Shown here piece after piece: positions 1-8,476 of a stretch of 64,000 nucleotides of DNA (positions are counted from its first letter, which is position 1; each line of letters starts with the position of its first letter). The stretch covers positions 96,001-160,000 of the forward strand of contig CBFIGY010000003.1 in the NCBI GenBank assembly GCA_965662235.1, given 5' to 3'. The position numbers and the translations under genes are program-made. The notes beneath the pieces were generated by a model. That model ran no database searches. It was given only the letters and a program-made list of their open reading frames with translations, and had not been told where the DNA came from. Source of the DNA: an uncultured bacterium. GTDB taxonomy: Bacteria > SAR324 > NAC60-12.

Positions 1-333
1 GCCGCTGAAGCTGGTATGCTCCAGAGTGCACTGACGGAGGTTGATCTCGGTCATGACGCTGTCCTGGAAATCCACATGACTGAGGTCACAGTTGTAGATT
101 CCCACCTCGCGCATGCTGGTGCCCACCAGCTCGCAGTTGCTCATGTTGCACGAGTCGAAGCGGGCGTAGTCCAAGAACGCGCCCTTGAAGTCGCTGCCCT
201 CCAGCTTGCACTTCCGGAAGTCCCCGCCTTCCAGCAGCAGACCGGTCAGGTTGAGGCCACTGAGGTCCACATCCTTGAGGGGCTCGCGACGCTTCACACG
301 CCGTTCCAGTTCTTCTCGCGTGATGTCTGCCAT
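1..333 (-). CDS. Pentapeptide repeat protein (partial, runs off the left edge; absent from the ORF track)
   Basis: Manual translation from ATG at 333: MADITREELERRVKRREPLKDVDLSGLNLTGLLLEGGDFRKCKLEGSDFKGAFLDYARFDSCNMSNCELVG..., with 5-residue periodicity. Starts 6 bp after the stop of the upstream gene. Confidence 0.85.
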   Translation of the reverse strand, partial: MADITREELERRVKRREPLKDVDLSGLNLTGLLLEGGDFRKCKLEGSDFKGAFLDYARFDSCNMSNCELVGTSMREVGIYNCDLSHVDFQDSVMTEINLRQCTLEHTSFSG

Positions 334-339
334 GACGTC

Positions 340-2004
340 TCAGCTGGGGATTTTGATGAAGCGATGGTGGTGCTGGTCGATCAGCTCACTGGCAGGACGT
401 GCCTGAATGCCCGTCTGCACAAACTGATAGGCCATTCCGGTGGCCGGGGTCATGACGTTGAAGCGCATGCGCCGGATGTTGATCACGGTTCCCCGCTGCA
501 CCCGTCCGGTGATGAAGAGGATGCCGCCATCGAGCTCTTCATTTTCCCGGGAGATGGACTGCTGGGCCTCAATCTTCCGCATGTCGTTGAACAGCCCCCG
601 ACAGATCTTCCGGGCTTCCGTCATGATTTCCTCAGCCCCCGCTTGTGGGGTGGGGAAGCGGTCGGGGAAGCCCTCCAGCTTCTCTGAAAGCTCCTTGAGC
701 TGGTCCTGGAAGTCGTAGAAGTTGTTCTTGAGCTTCTCCTCGAGAGCCCGGAAGGCCTTCCGGTTGTTGAGGGAGATGCCCACTTCGATGGTTGTGGTAG
801 GACCTGCAGGTTCTTCCACGGCAGGAGCGCCTTCTTCCGGAGGAGGCAGTTCCTCTTCTGGCTTGTTTTCCCCCACATTGGCAAGGCGCATGAGGTTTCC
901 CGCCTGAACAGAGCCTCCGGTGACGTATCCGGTTTTTTCCAGCACCTGCACCGAAATTCCGGCCATCACCTTGGAGTTGATGGAGTGGGTTTGCAGAATG
1001 ACGTGCTCACCGGCAATCACCTGAGCCTCATCAAAGGAGTCCGCGACCACCGATCCTCCGGCCTGGATCATGCTGCCGATCGCGGCTTGGGCCAGACGAA
1101 TGTTCCCGGTTGCCCGCAGCTTCGCCTTGCCGACGGTTCCACCAACGTCCAGGCTCACCGCCTCGACGCTGAAACGGTCTGAGATGTTGCCCCGGACCCG
1201 AACCACTCCGTCGAAACGGACGTGTCCGGACTTGGCATCGACCTTCTCCACCACCTTCACTGCTTCCACAGAAAGAACGTTGCCGATCTGGCAGACCACA
1301 CCGTCCTTGGTGGCCACAATGTGCTCGCGCTTGGCATCGTAGCTGGTATTGCGTCCGGCCCGGATGTGGTAGGTCTTTCCAGAAGCCGCAGCTGTGACCC
1401 GGCCGGTGATTGTGTAACCGTCTTCCCCCATCGTCGGTGGATGCAACCGCGCCAGCGGCGTTCCGGACTTGACCTCCAGAAAGGGAGGAATCTCCCGCAG
1501 GTCCACCCGCACCCCGGGTTTCGGACGTTGTGCTTCCGGAATGAAGAGCAGCTCCGCATAGCCATCCTCGCCGTCCACCGGTGGACGTCCATGCGCCACC
1601 AGCGTGGGGTCGTAGTAGACCTGCTGGTCGATCATCTGCTGAATCCGCTCCTTGTCGATGCCCTGCACCACGTTCTTTTCCTTGAGCGCAGCAACAATCC
1701 GGTCAGCGGTGAGCGGTTCTTGGGGATTTTGGGGAGGGATGATGTTGACGTAGGCTTCCTGCTCGTTGTTCACCAGCTCCACCTGCACCACGAAGTCTCG
1801 GGTGACCTGGTCACAGAGGAACTCGAAGGCTCCGGACGAGCGCTCGTAAATCTCCAGCAGGCGCTCAGGCAGGTAGTCAACGTCCATGAGGTGCAGGTCC
1901 GCTTGGACGTCATCCAGATTCGCGGTTTCGGCTCCAACCAGCTGCGGAGGCACGCGCAGCATGATCTTGCCGTCGACAACGGAAATTTTGTAAAGCTCAG
2001 CCAT
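340..2004 (-). CDS. DUF342 / FapA family protein (flagellar assembly protein A-like)
   Basis: Motifs ALKEKNVVQGID, VAHGRPPVDGEDG, PPTMGEDGYTITG and GHVRFDGVVRVRGNI, a beta-helix region and a C-terminal coiled coil. Confidence 0.85.
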   Translation of the reverse strand: MAELYKISVVDGKIMLRVPPQLVGAETANLDDVQADLHLMDVDYLPERLLEIYERSSGAFEFLCDQVTRDFVVQVELVNNEQEAYVNIIPPQNPQEPLTADRIVAALKEKNVVQGIDKERIQQMIDQQVYYDPTLVAHGRPPVDGEDGYAELLFIPEAQRPKPGVRVDLREIPPFLEVKSGTPLARLHPPTMGEDGYTITGRVTAAASGKTYHIRAGRNTSYDAKREHIVATKDGVVCQIGNVLSVEAVKVVEKVDAKSGHVRFDGVVRVRGNISDRFSVEAVSLDVGGTVGKAKLRATGNIRLAQAAIGSMIQAGGSVVADSFDEAQVIAGEHVILQTHSINSKVMAGISVQVLEKTGYVTGGSVQAGNLMRLANVGENKPEEELPPPEEGAPAVEEPAGPTTTIEVGISLNNRKAFRALEEKLKNNFYDFQDQLKELSEKLEGFPDRFPTPQAGAEEIMTEARKICRGLFNDMRKIEAQQSISRENEELDGGILFITGRVQRGTVINIRRMRFNVMTPATGMAYQFVQTGIQARPASELIDQHHHRFIKIPS

Positions 2005-2022
2005 GGGCTTCTAACAAGCGGG

Positions 2023-2775
2023 TCAGACGTTGGCGGACGCAGACTCCTGCTGGGCTCCCAACAGCGCCTGGCGTTCCTGAGCAGTCAGGAGACGCGATTC
2101 GCCCGGTTGCATTTCTCCCAGAGTCAGGGAGCCGATGCGAAAGCGTTTGATTTTCAGAACCGGAAAGCCAATCTGCCGGAACATCTTCTTGATCTGCTGG
2201 TTGCTGCCCTCTCGCAAGGAGACCTCCAGCCAGGTCTTGTCGTTGCGGTGATGGAGGATCTTGACGCGGGTCCGCTGATGGGCCCGGCCATCCAGCACAG
2301 GGCCGCTTCTCAGAGGCTGCAGGGCCTCATTGGCCACGACCCCCTTGACCTTGACGAAGTAGCTCTTCCAGACCTTGTGCCGCGGATGCGCCAGCTGGTT
2401 GGCAAAGTCACCGTCGTTGGTCAGCAGAATCAACCCCTCCGCGTCATAATCAAGCCGTCCCACCGGAAAGAGCCGCACATTGGTCTTTGGGAAAAACTGC
2501 CGAATCGTCACCCGGCCCTCCGGATCCTTCAGAGTTGTGATGCAATTCTTGGGCTTGTAGAGCGCGTACACCACCGTCTTGACTGGCCCCTCCTGGCGAA
2601 CCCGTGTGCCTTCAACCCGGAGGTCGTCTCCCGGCAGCATCGTTTGTCCCAGAGTGACCACCTTGCCATTGAGCATCACGAGGCCCTGAGCAATCAACTC
2701 TTCCGCCTCCCGGCGAGACGCCAGCCCGGCCTGGGCAATGGCTTTTTGAACACGGATGGGTTTGGGATCACTCAT
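2023..2775 (-). CDS. rluB: 23S rRNA pseudouridine synthase, RluB/RsuA family
   Basis: S4 domain (RVQKAIAQAGLASRREAEELI), catalytic VGRLDYDAEGLILLTNDG, LREGSNQQIKKM. Confidence 0.85.
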   Translation of the reverse strand: MSDPKPIRVQKAIAQAGLASRREAEELIAQGLVMLNGKVVTLGQTMLPGDDLRVEGTRVRQEGPVKTVVYALYKPKNCITTLKDPEGRVTIRQFFPKTNVRLFPVGRLDYDAEGLILLTNDGDFANQLAHPRHKVWKSYFVKVKGVVANEALQPLRSGPVLDGRAHQRTRVKILHHRNDKTWLEVSLREGSNQQIKKMFRQIGFPVLKIKRFRIGSLTLGEMQPGESRLLTAQERQALLGAQQESASANV

Positions 2776-3509
2776 GGTTTGGTCACCGGAAGCGAGTCGG
2801 GATAATTCTTTAACAGTTCCAACGCCTGACGAGCCGCGGCCTGTCCCGCCAGCTTCTTGCTCGGACCGGTGCCACGTCCCAGCTCAATGTCGTCCAGGCA
2901 GACGGACATCACAAATTCCTTCTGATGGTCCGGACCGGTCTCCTCCAGAAGGATGTAGGTGGCCGGTTTGTTCAGCAACTGCTGGGTCCGTTCCTGTAGC
3001 TCAGACTTGAAGTCCCGGGAAACAAAAGCATCTGCCGATTGAGGCAAGTTGGGCTCCAGCAGCTTACGGATGACGCGGCCAATCGCATTGACTCCCTCCG
3101 TCTGGCAGCTGTCCAAGTAGATCGCGGCAAAGACTGCTTCCAGGGCATCTGAGAGCAGCGACGGTTTGTCCCGGCCGCCGGTCAGGTCTTCCCCCTTCCC
3201 CAAGACGAGGAACTCTCCCAGCCCAATGGAACGCGCCATGCGGTTTAGGCCAGCCTCATTGACCAGGCTTGCCCGGATCTTGGAAAGGCCCCCCTCGTCG
3301 AGGTCCGGAAACCGTTCCATCAGCAACTCGCTGGTCACCAGGCCCAAAACGGCGTCTCCCAAAAATTCCAGCCGTTCGTTGCTGGGCAAAGGGTTGCCCT
3401 CTTCATCGAACGGACACGACTTGTGGGTCAGGGCTTCTTGCAGGAGCTGCCCGTTTTGGAAGTCATACCCCAAACGGGCGCACAGCTGCTTCGCCGTGGC
3501 ACCAGGCAT
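2772..3509 (-). CDS. rnc: Ribonuclease III
   Basis: Signature NERLEFLGDAVLG and DALEA; C-terminal dsRBD (DFKSELQE...GPDHQKEF...GPSKKLAGQAAA). Confidence 0.97.
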   Translation of the reverse strand: MPGATAKQLCARLGYDFQNGQLLQEALTHKSCPFDEEGNPLPSNERLEFLGDAVLGLVTSELLMERFPDLDEGGLSKIRASLVNEAGLNRMARSIGLGEFLVLGKGEDLTGGRDKPSLLSDALEAVFAAIYLDSCQTEGVNAIGRVIRKLLEPNLPQSADAFVSRDFKSELQERTQQLLNKPATYILLEETGPDHQKEFVMSVCLDDIELGRGTGPSKKLAGQAAARQALELLKNYPDSLPVTKP

Positions 3510-3512
3510 TGA

Positions 3513-3854
3513 TTAACGCTCACGACGCTTGCACCAGACCCGAATGACCTGGCGATTGACAAGCCCGAGCGTGACCACCTGAATGACCGCATCGGTTTGC
3601 TCCTGCTGCACCTCCAGCTTGGAAATTCCGCTGGGACAGGCGCTTCTCAGCTCAACAGGGTCCTCAAGCGGCACCAGTCCCCAGGCCAGCGCCGTCGCTG
3701 GCACCCGGTGGTCGGGCTGCGGACGCAGCGCGTCCATATCATGGTAGAAGCGAATCGTGTTGCACCCGGAAAGGACCAAGAAGCTTGCTCCCACCAAGAG
3801 GAAGCTCCGGAGGCGCGATGGGCGGAAGGTCTGCAGGAGATTCAGATTGAACAT
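3513..3854 (-). CDS. Bor/Iss-like small lipoprotein
   Basis: Lipobox LSGC; WGLV...CPSG...VVTLGLV...VWC pattern of the Bor family. Confidence 0.7.
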   Translation of the reverse strand: MFNLNLLQTFRPSRLRSFLLVGASFLVLSGCNTIRFYHDMDALRPQPDHRVPATALAWGLVPLEDPVELRSACPSGISKLEVQQEQTDAVIQVVTLGLVNRQVIRVWCKRRER

Positions 3855-3971
3855 TCGGAAGAGATTTGGTCTTCTGCGTGATCTGTGAGCCGGCTCGCGT
3901 GTGCGGCGAACTTTCGCATATTCCCGAAATCACGGGTAGATCGAACCAGTTATATCCCACCTTTTTCTCTC

Positions 3972-4787
3972 ATGACAAGCTTTATTGATACACACTGCCA
4001 CCTCGATCGCCTCGAACCACCCCCTGCTCAGTCTGTTGCGGACGCTCAATCCGTGGGAGTTCACACGATGATGACGATCTCAGTCAACCGCGAAACCCTA
4101 GCGTGGGTGGATGCCTTGGCCCAGGAGCATCCGGACGTCTACGGCAGTTTGGGGATCCACCCTCATGACGCCGCCGAGTACGCTCCAGAGGTGGCCGAAC
4201 AGATCCGGACCCGATGTGCGCAGAACCCCAAGGTAAAGGCCATTGGTGAGACCGGACTGGACTACCACTACAACTATGCGGACCGAGACACTCAGCGGCA
4301 CGCCTTTCAGGCTCAGCTGGAGCTTGCGGAAGAACTCCAGCTGCCGGTGGTCCTTCACACCCGTGAGGCAGAAGCCGACACCCTGGAGGTCCTGCAGCAG
4401 CACCCGGTTTCCCGGCGAGGAGTCGCCCACAGCTTCACGGGCTCTTTGGAAATGGCCCAAACGCTGGTGGAGATGGGGTGGTACATCGGCCTCAATGGCA
4501 TTGTCACCTTCAAGAACGCCGACGCCCTCCGCGAGGTCGTCCGGCAGCTTCCGCTGGAGGCGCTGCTTCTGGAAACCGATGCGCCCTTCCTGGCACCGGT
4601 TCCGTTTCGGGGCAAACCCAATGCGCCCGCTCGCATCCCAGTCATTGCCGAGTTCCTTGCCCAGTTCCTCGACCTCCCCCTTGAGCAGTTGGCGGAGCAG
4701 ACGAACCAAAATGCGCAGACACTCTTTGGATTGCCGGCCTCTGGAGCCGCGAATCCGGAAAACGTCCGGTCTCCGCTGCCAAGTTGA
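3972..4787 (+). CDS. tatD: TatD family DNase
   Basis: DTHCHL, GIHPH, AIGETGLDY, LHTREA, HSFTG and LLETDAPFLAP. Start placed at ATG 3972. Confidence 0.95.
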   Translation: MTSFIDTHCHLDRLEPPPAQSVADAQSVGVHTMMTISVNRETLAWVDALAQEHPDVYGSLGIHPHDAAEYAPEVAEQIRTRCAQNPKVKAIGETGLDYHYNYADRDTQRHAFQAQLELAEELQLPVVLHTREAEADTLEVLQQHPVSRRGVAHSFTGSLEMAQTLVEMGWYIGLNGIVTFKNADALREVVRQLPLEALLLETDAPFLAPVPFRGKPNAPARIPVIAEFLAQFLDLPLEQLAEQTNQNAQTLFGLPASGAANPENVRSPLPS

Positions 4788-4858
4788 CACGGATTTTGCT
4801 TTCCCCTGTTTGATTCGGTTTTTCCTTCAGAAACCACTCGTAACCTGAATTTTGCCTT

Positions 4859-5683
4859 ATGGAACAAGGAACTCTTGCTGGAACCATCCTCGCTTGGTTT
4901 CTGCTCATCCTGGCAATGGCCTTTGACTTCGCCACCTTCCAGGTGAAGCTGGGGAACATTGCCTACTTCGTCGACATCCCATCGCTGCTGATCGTGTTTG
5001 GCGGAACCTTCGCTTCGGTGATGATCGCCAACAACATGGGAGACGCCAAGGGGCTGTTCGCCTTCGTGGGCAAAACCTGGAAGCCCAACAACGTGCAGTT
5101 GGTGGAAACCCTGACGCTGATTGTGGACGTGGCGAAGATTGCCCGAAAGAACATCCTCGCCATCGAAGACGCTCTGCCCAGCATCGAGAACCTCTACCTC
5201 CGTGGCGGCCTCCGCCTCGTGGTGGACCGGGTGGAACGCGACAGCATCGAAAGCATGCTTGCCCACGAGATGAAGTACACCATGGCGAACGAGGAGACGG
5301 CCCCGGCCGTGGTCGGAAGCGCCGCGTCCCTCTGTCCGGCGTGGGGCATGCTCGGAACGCTGGTTGGACTCGTCCTCCTCCTCCAGAACCTTGATGACCC
5401 GTCTGCCATCGGACCGGCAATGGCGGTGGCGCTGATCACGACGTTCTATGGATCCTTGTTCGCCAACACCATCTTCTCTCCGGCCAAGACCAAGCTGGAA
5501 ATCTTCAACTCCGATAAGAAGGTGTTGATGGAGATGATCCGCGACGGCGTCCTCTACATTGAAGCCGGCCAGCGTCCGGACTTCATTGAGTCCGACTTGA
5601 TGAACTACCTGCCTCCCGACAAGAAAGCCATGTACGAAGCCCTCAAGTTTGAAGGCGGCGGTGGCGGCGGCGAAGGCGGTTGA
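4859..5683 (+). CDS. motA: Flagellar stator A subunit (PomA/MotA, probably Na+-type)
   Basis: PSLLIVFGGT; ARKNILAIED rotor-contact charges; GMLGTLVGLV..NLDDPSAIGPAMAVALITTFYG closely matches PomA. Confidence 0.92.
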   Translation: MEQGTLAGTILAWFLLILAMAFDFATFQVKLGNIAYFVDIPSLLIVFGGTFASVMIANNMGDAKGLFAFVGKTWKPNNVQLVETLTLIVDVAKIARKNILAIEDALPSIENLYLRGGLRLVVDRVERDSIESMLAHEMKYTMANEETAPAVVGSAASLCPAWGMLGTLVGLVLLLQNLDDPSAIGPAMAVALITTFYGSLFANTIFSPAKTKLEIFNSDKKVLMEMIRDGVLYIEAGQRPDFIESDLMNYLPPDKKAMYEALKFEGGGGGGEGG

Positions 5684-5696
5684 TTAGGAGCCTCTC

Positions 5697-6353
5697 ATGG
5701 GTCAGATGATCGATGAGGAGGATTGCGAAGTTTGTGTGCCGTTTGACCAGGAATGGATCTTTACCTACGGTGACCTGGTCACCCTGCTCATGTGCTTCTT
5801 CGTCCTCCTCTTCTCCATGTGCAAGATGGATGTGGAGAAGATTGACCAGATTTCCGACAGTTTCAAAACCCAGCCGCCCGGCAGTCCCTTCATCTTCAGC
5901 GGCCGCAGTTCCAATCTGGAAAAAGCCGCTCAGGAGTTGGAAAAGCTCGACATGCCTGATGACGTCAACGTCAACGCCGGCAAAGACGGGGTCGAGGTCA
6001 CCTTCAGTAAAATTGTTGCCTTTGACCTAGGCTCCATTGAGCTGAAGCAAGAAGCCCGGAACGCCATTGACCAGTCCCTCCCCATCATTGGGAGCCTGAA
6101 CAATGACATCTTGGTGGCAGGGCACACCGATGAGACCGACGCCAATCCGGACTTCCCCTCTAACTGGGAACTCTCGATTGCACGCGCCGGCGTGATTGCC
6201 GACTACCTAGAGTCCAAACAGATTCCCCGGAGCCGCATTCAGGTCGCTGGCTTTGGCGACTCCCGGCCCCGTTTTTACGCAGACACCTCTTACAAGCGAG
6301 GCCTCAACCGTCGGGTCGAGGTCGTCCTGCTGCCTGAAGACCAGGAACGCTGA
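5697..6353 (+). CDS. motB: Flagellar stator B subunit 1 (PomB/MotB, OmpA-like domain)
   Basis: TM segment WIFTYGDLVTLLMCFFVLL with the essential Asp; GHTD...NWELSIARA...NRRVE. Confidence 0.92.
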   Translation: MGQMIDEEDCEVCVPFDQEWIFTYGDLVTLLMCFFVLLFSMCKMDVEKIDQISDSFKTQPPGSPFIFSGRSSNLEKAAQELEKLDMPDDVNVNAGKDGVEVTFSKIVAFDLGSIELKQEARNAIDQSLPIIGSLNNDILVAGHTDETDANPDFPSNWELSIARAGVIADYLESKQIPRSRIQVAGFGDSRPRFYADTSYKRGLNRRVEVVLLPEDQER

Positions 6354-6512
6354 GAACCCCTATCTGGAGCGGATGTCCTTATGGGACAGATGATCGACGA
6401 AGAGGATTGCGAAGTTTGTGTGCCGTTTGACCAAGAATGGATCTTCACCTACGGAGACCTGGTCACCCTGCTCATGTGCTTCTTCGTCCTCCTCTTCTCC
6501 ATGTGCAAGATG
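5697..6512 (+). repeat. 132-bp direct repeat (5697-5828 and 6381-6512) encoding the identical MotB N-termini
   Basis: Manual alignment gives 6 differences in 132 nt, all synonymous; similarity drops sharply after ...tgcaagatgga. Confidence 0.95.
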
Positions 6513-7019
6513 GAGACGAAAAAATTCAAGAGCGTTGCCGAGAGCTTCAAACCACTGCCGGCCGGCACCCCCTTCATGAATGAAGGGAACGACGCCGTTG
6601 TGGAGCAGATTTCCAAGCAGATTGAGCAGGACGAGTTAGGAGACAACACCAAGGTCACCGTTGAGGACAAGGGAGTGGTTGTTTCCTTCAGCGCACAGGC
6701 GCTCTTTGAAAGCGAATCCACCGACCTCACCCCCAAGGCCATTCAGGAACTCACACGGTTCTCCCGCTTGGTGTTTTTGCTCCCGAACAAGCTCCAAATC
6801 GAGGGACACACGGACAACCAGCCTCTGGAGAAGTGGGACTCCGACTGGGTCCTTTCGGGGGCCCGAGCAGCCAAGGTCGCCCGGTTTTTTGTGGAAAACG
6901 GGATGGACGCTTCCAAAATCACCCCCAAGGGGTTCGGCAGCACCCGCCCCAAGTTCAGCAACGACTCCCCAACGCAGCGACGTCTCAACAACCGCGTTGA
7001 GGTCATCGTCGTTCCCTAA
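6381..7019 (+). CDS. motB: Flagellar stator B subunit 2 (PomB/MotB paralog)
   Basis: First 44 aa identical to motB1; GHTD...DWVLSGARA...NNRVE. Confidence 0.92.
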   Translation: MGQMIDEEDCEVCVPFDQEWIFTYGDLVTLLMCFFVLLFSMCKMETKKFKSVAESFKPLPAGTPFMNEGNDAVVEQISKQIEQDELGDNTKVTVEDKGVVVSFSAQALFESESTDLTPKAIQELTRFSRLVFLLPNKLQIEGHTDNQPLEKWDSDWVLSGARAAKVARFFVENGMDASKITPKGFGSTRPKFSNDSPTQRRLNNRVEVIVVP

Positions 7020-7039
7020 GCCTCTTTCTTCTCCCTTTC

Positions 7040-8476
7040 GTGCCCCCTTCGCCCAAGCGGCTCACGGATGAGCAGCGTGCGATCCTCCATCACCGTTTTG
7101 CTCCGGAAGAGGTTGTGAAGGTGCTGGCGTTTGCTGGCACCGGGAAGACCACCACGCTTCTGCACTTCGCCCGCTCTCGCCCTTCTTGGCGCTTCCTCTA
7201 TGTAGCCTTCAACCGCTCCGTTCAGGAACACGCCGAACGCGTCTTTCCGGAACAGGTGGAGTGCCGCACCGTCCACAGCCTCGCGTGGAATGCCACGGGG
7301 TGGCGCTTCCGGCACAAGCTGGCTCCACGCCTGCACGTCAGCACCACCATGAAGGCCCTGGGCTGGAAGCAACCCGTGCAGACCCGCCTGGCCATTGAAA
7401 CCCTGCAGAACTTCCTGGTCTCCGGAGACGCACGGGTTCATAGCGGACACGTTCCCTCTACCGCTTATGTCATCTTCCGTCGGCAAACGATGCCGGATTT
7501 TGTCCACCAGGCCCGTGAGCTGTGGGTGCTGATGAGTGACCCACAGTGCCTGGAAATTCCCATGCTGCACGATGGTTACCTTAAGCTCTTTCAGCTCTCA
7601 GAACCGCGCCTGCCCTACGACTGCATCCTCTTGGATGAAGCGCAGGACACCAATCCTGTCACTGCCACCCTGATCCTCAAGCAACCGGCCTGCAAGCTGG
7701 TGGTCGGCGACCCGCACCAGGCCATCTACCAATTCCGGGGGGCTGTGGACCTGATGACGGAACTCTCTGCCCAAGCGCTCTTTCACCTCACCGCCTCCTT
7801 TCGCTTTGGCCCCAAGGTTGCCCAGGCGGCCAGCGATCTGCTCTGGACCTTCAAGGGCGAATCCGTCCGCATCCGCGGGTTCCGGGAAGGCGACCGACTT
7901 GGCCCCGTTTCTCGCGCTCACACCATCATTGCTCGGACCAATGCAGGGCTCTTTGATGAAACGGTGGAACTGCCCCGGACGACTCCACTCGGCTTCGTCG
8001 GAGGCATTTCCGGATACCGGTTTGGCCTGCTTGAAGAAACCTGGCACCTCTGGAAGGGGAACGCCCGCAAGCTCAAGGATCCGCTGCTGAAGGCCTTTGC
8101 CGATTTTCCGGAATTGAAGGATTATGCGGAGAATGTGGAGGATCACGAACTGCTCAGCCGCTGCCGGCTTGTGGAGAAGTACCAGCGGGACCTGCCGGCT
8201 CTGCTGGAGGAGTTGCAGAACCGGGTGACGGAGCCTGAAGAGGCAGAGGTTCTCTTGACCACGGCTCACAAGGCCAAGGGCTTGGAGTTTCCCAAAGTCC
8301 GCATGGCCGATGACTTCACCCCCCTCATCAAATCAGGAAAACCCTTGGGCCCGGACGACCTGGCTGTGGAAGAGGTCAACCTCTGCTACGTTGCCATGAC
8401 CCGAGCGGAGCAACGGCTTCAGCCCAACAACCGGCTTCAGAACTTCCTCAAGTGGCGCAAGGAGAAAGACGCCTAA
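7040..8476 (+). CDS. UvrD-like SF1 DNA helicase (compact, FBH1-like type)
   Basis: AFAGTGKTT, YVAFN, LLDEAQD, VGDPHQAIYQFRGA, SFRFG, TAHKAKGLEF and YVAMTRA. Confidence 0.9.
   Translation: MPPSPKRLTDEQRAILHHRFAPEEVVKVLAFAGTGKTTTLLHFARSRPSWRFLYVAFNRSVQEHAERVFPEQVECRTVHSLAWNATGWRFRHKLAPRLHVSTTMKALGWKQPVQTRLAIETLQNFLVSGDARVHSGHVPSTAYVIFRRQTMPDFVHQARELWVLMSDPQCLEIPMLHDGYLKLFQLSEPRLPYDCILLDEAQDTNPVTATLILKQPACKLVVGDPHQAIYQFRGAVDLMTELSAQALFHLTASFRFGPKVAQAASDLLWTFKGESVRIRGFREGDRLGPVSRAHTIIARTNAGLFDETVELPRTTPLGFVGGISGYRFGLLEETWHLWKGNARKLKDPLLKAFADFPELKDYAENVEDHELLSRCRLVEKYQRDLPALLEELQNRVTEPEEAEVLLTTAHKAKGLEFPKVRMADDFTPLIKSGKPLGPDDLAVEEVNLCYVAMTRAEQRLQPNNRLQNFLKWRKEKDA

Noticed and set aside
16..2805. 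Long plus-strand ORFs (16-687, 1222-2805) and similar long antisense ORFs elsewhere (for example 57334-58845, 53743-54834, 9514-10512)
   Set aside because: They are shadows of well-supported genes on the opposite strand, are expected at high GC, and show no recognisable motifs.
4859..7019. Zorya zorAB call for the MotA/MotB-like genes
   Set aside because: MotA is 274 aa with no long cytoplasmic tail and has PomA-like motifs and rotor-contact charges; no zorC/D/E is recognisable.
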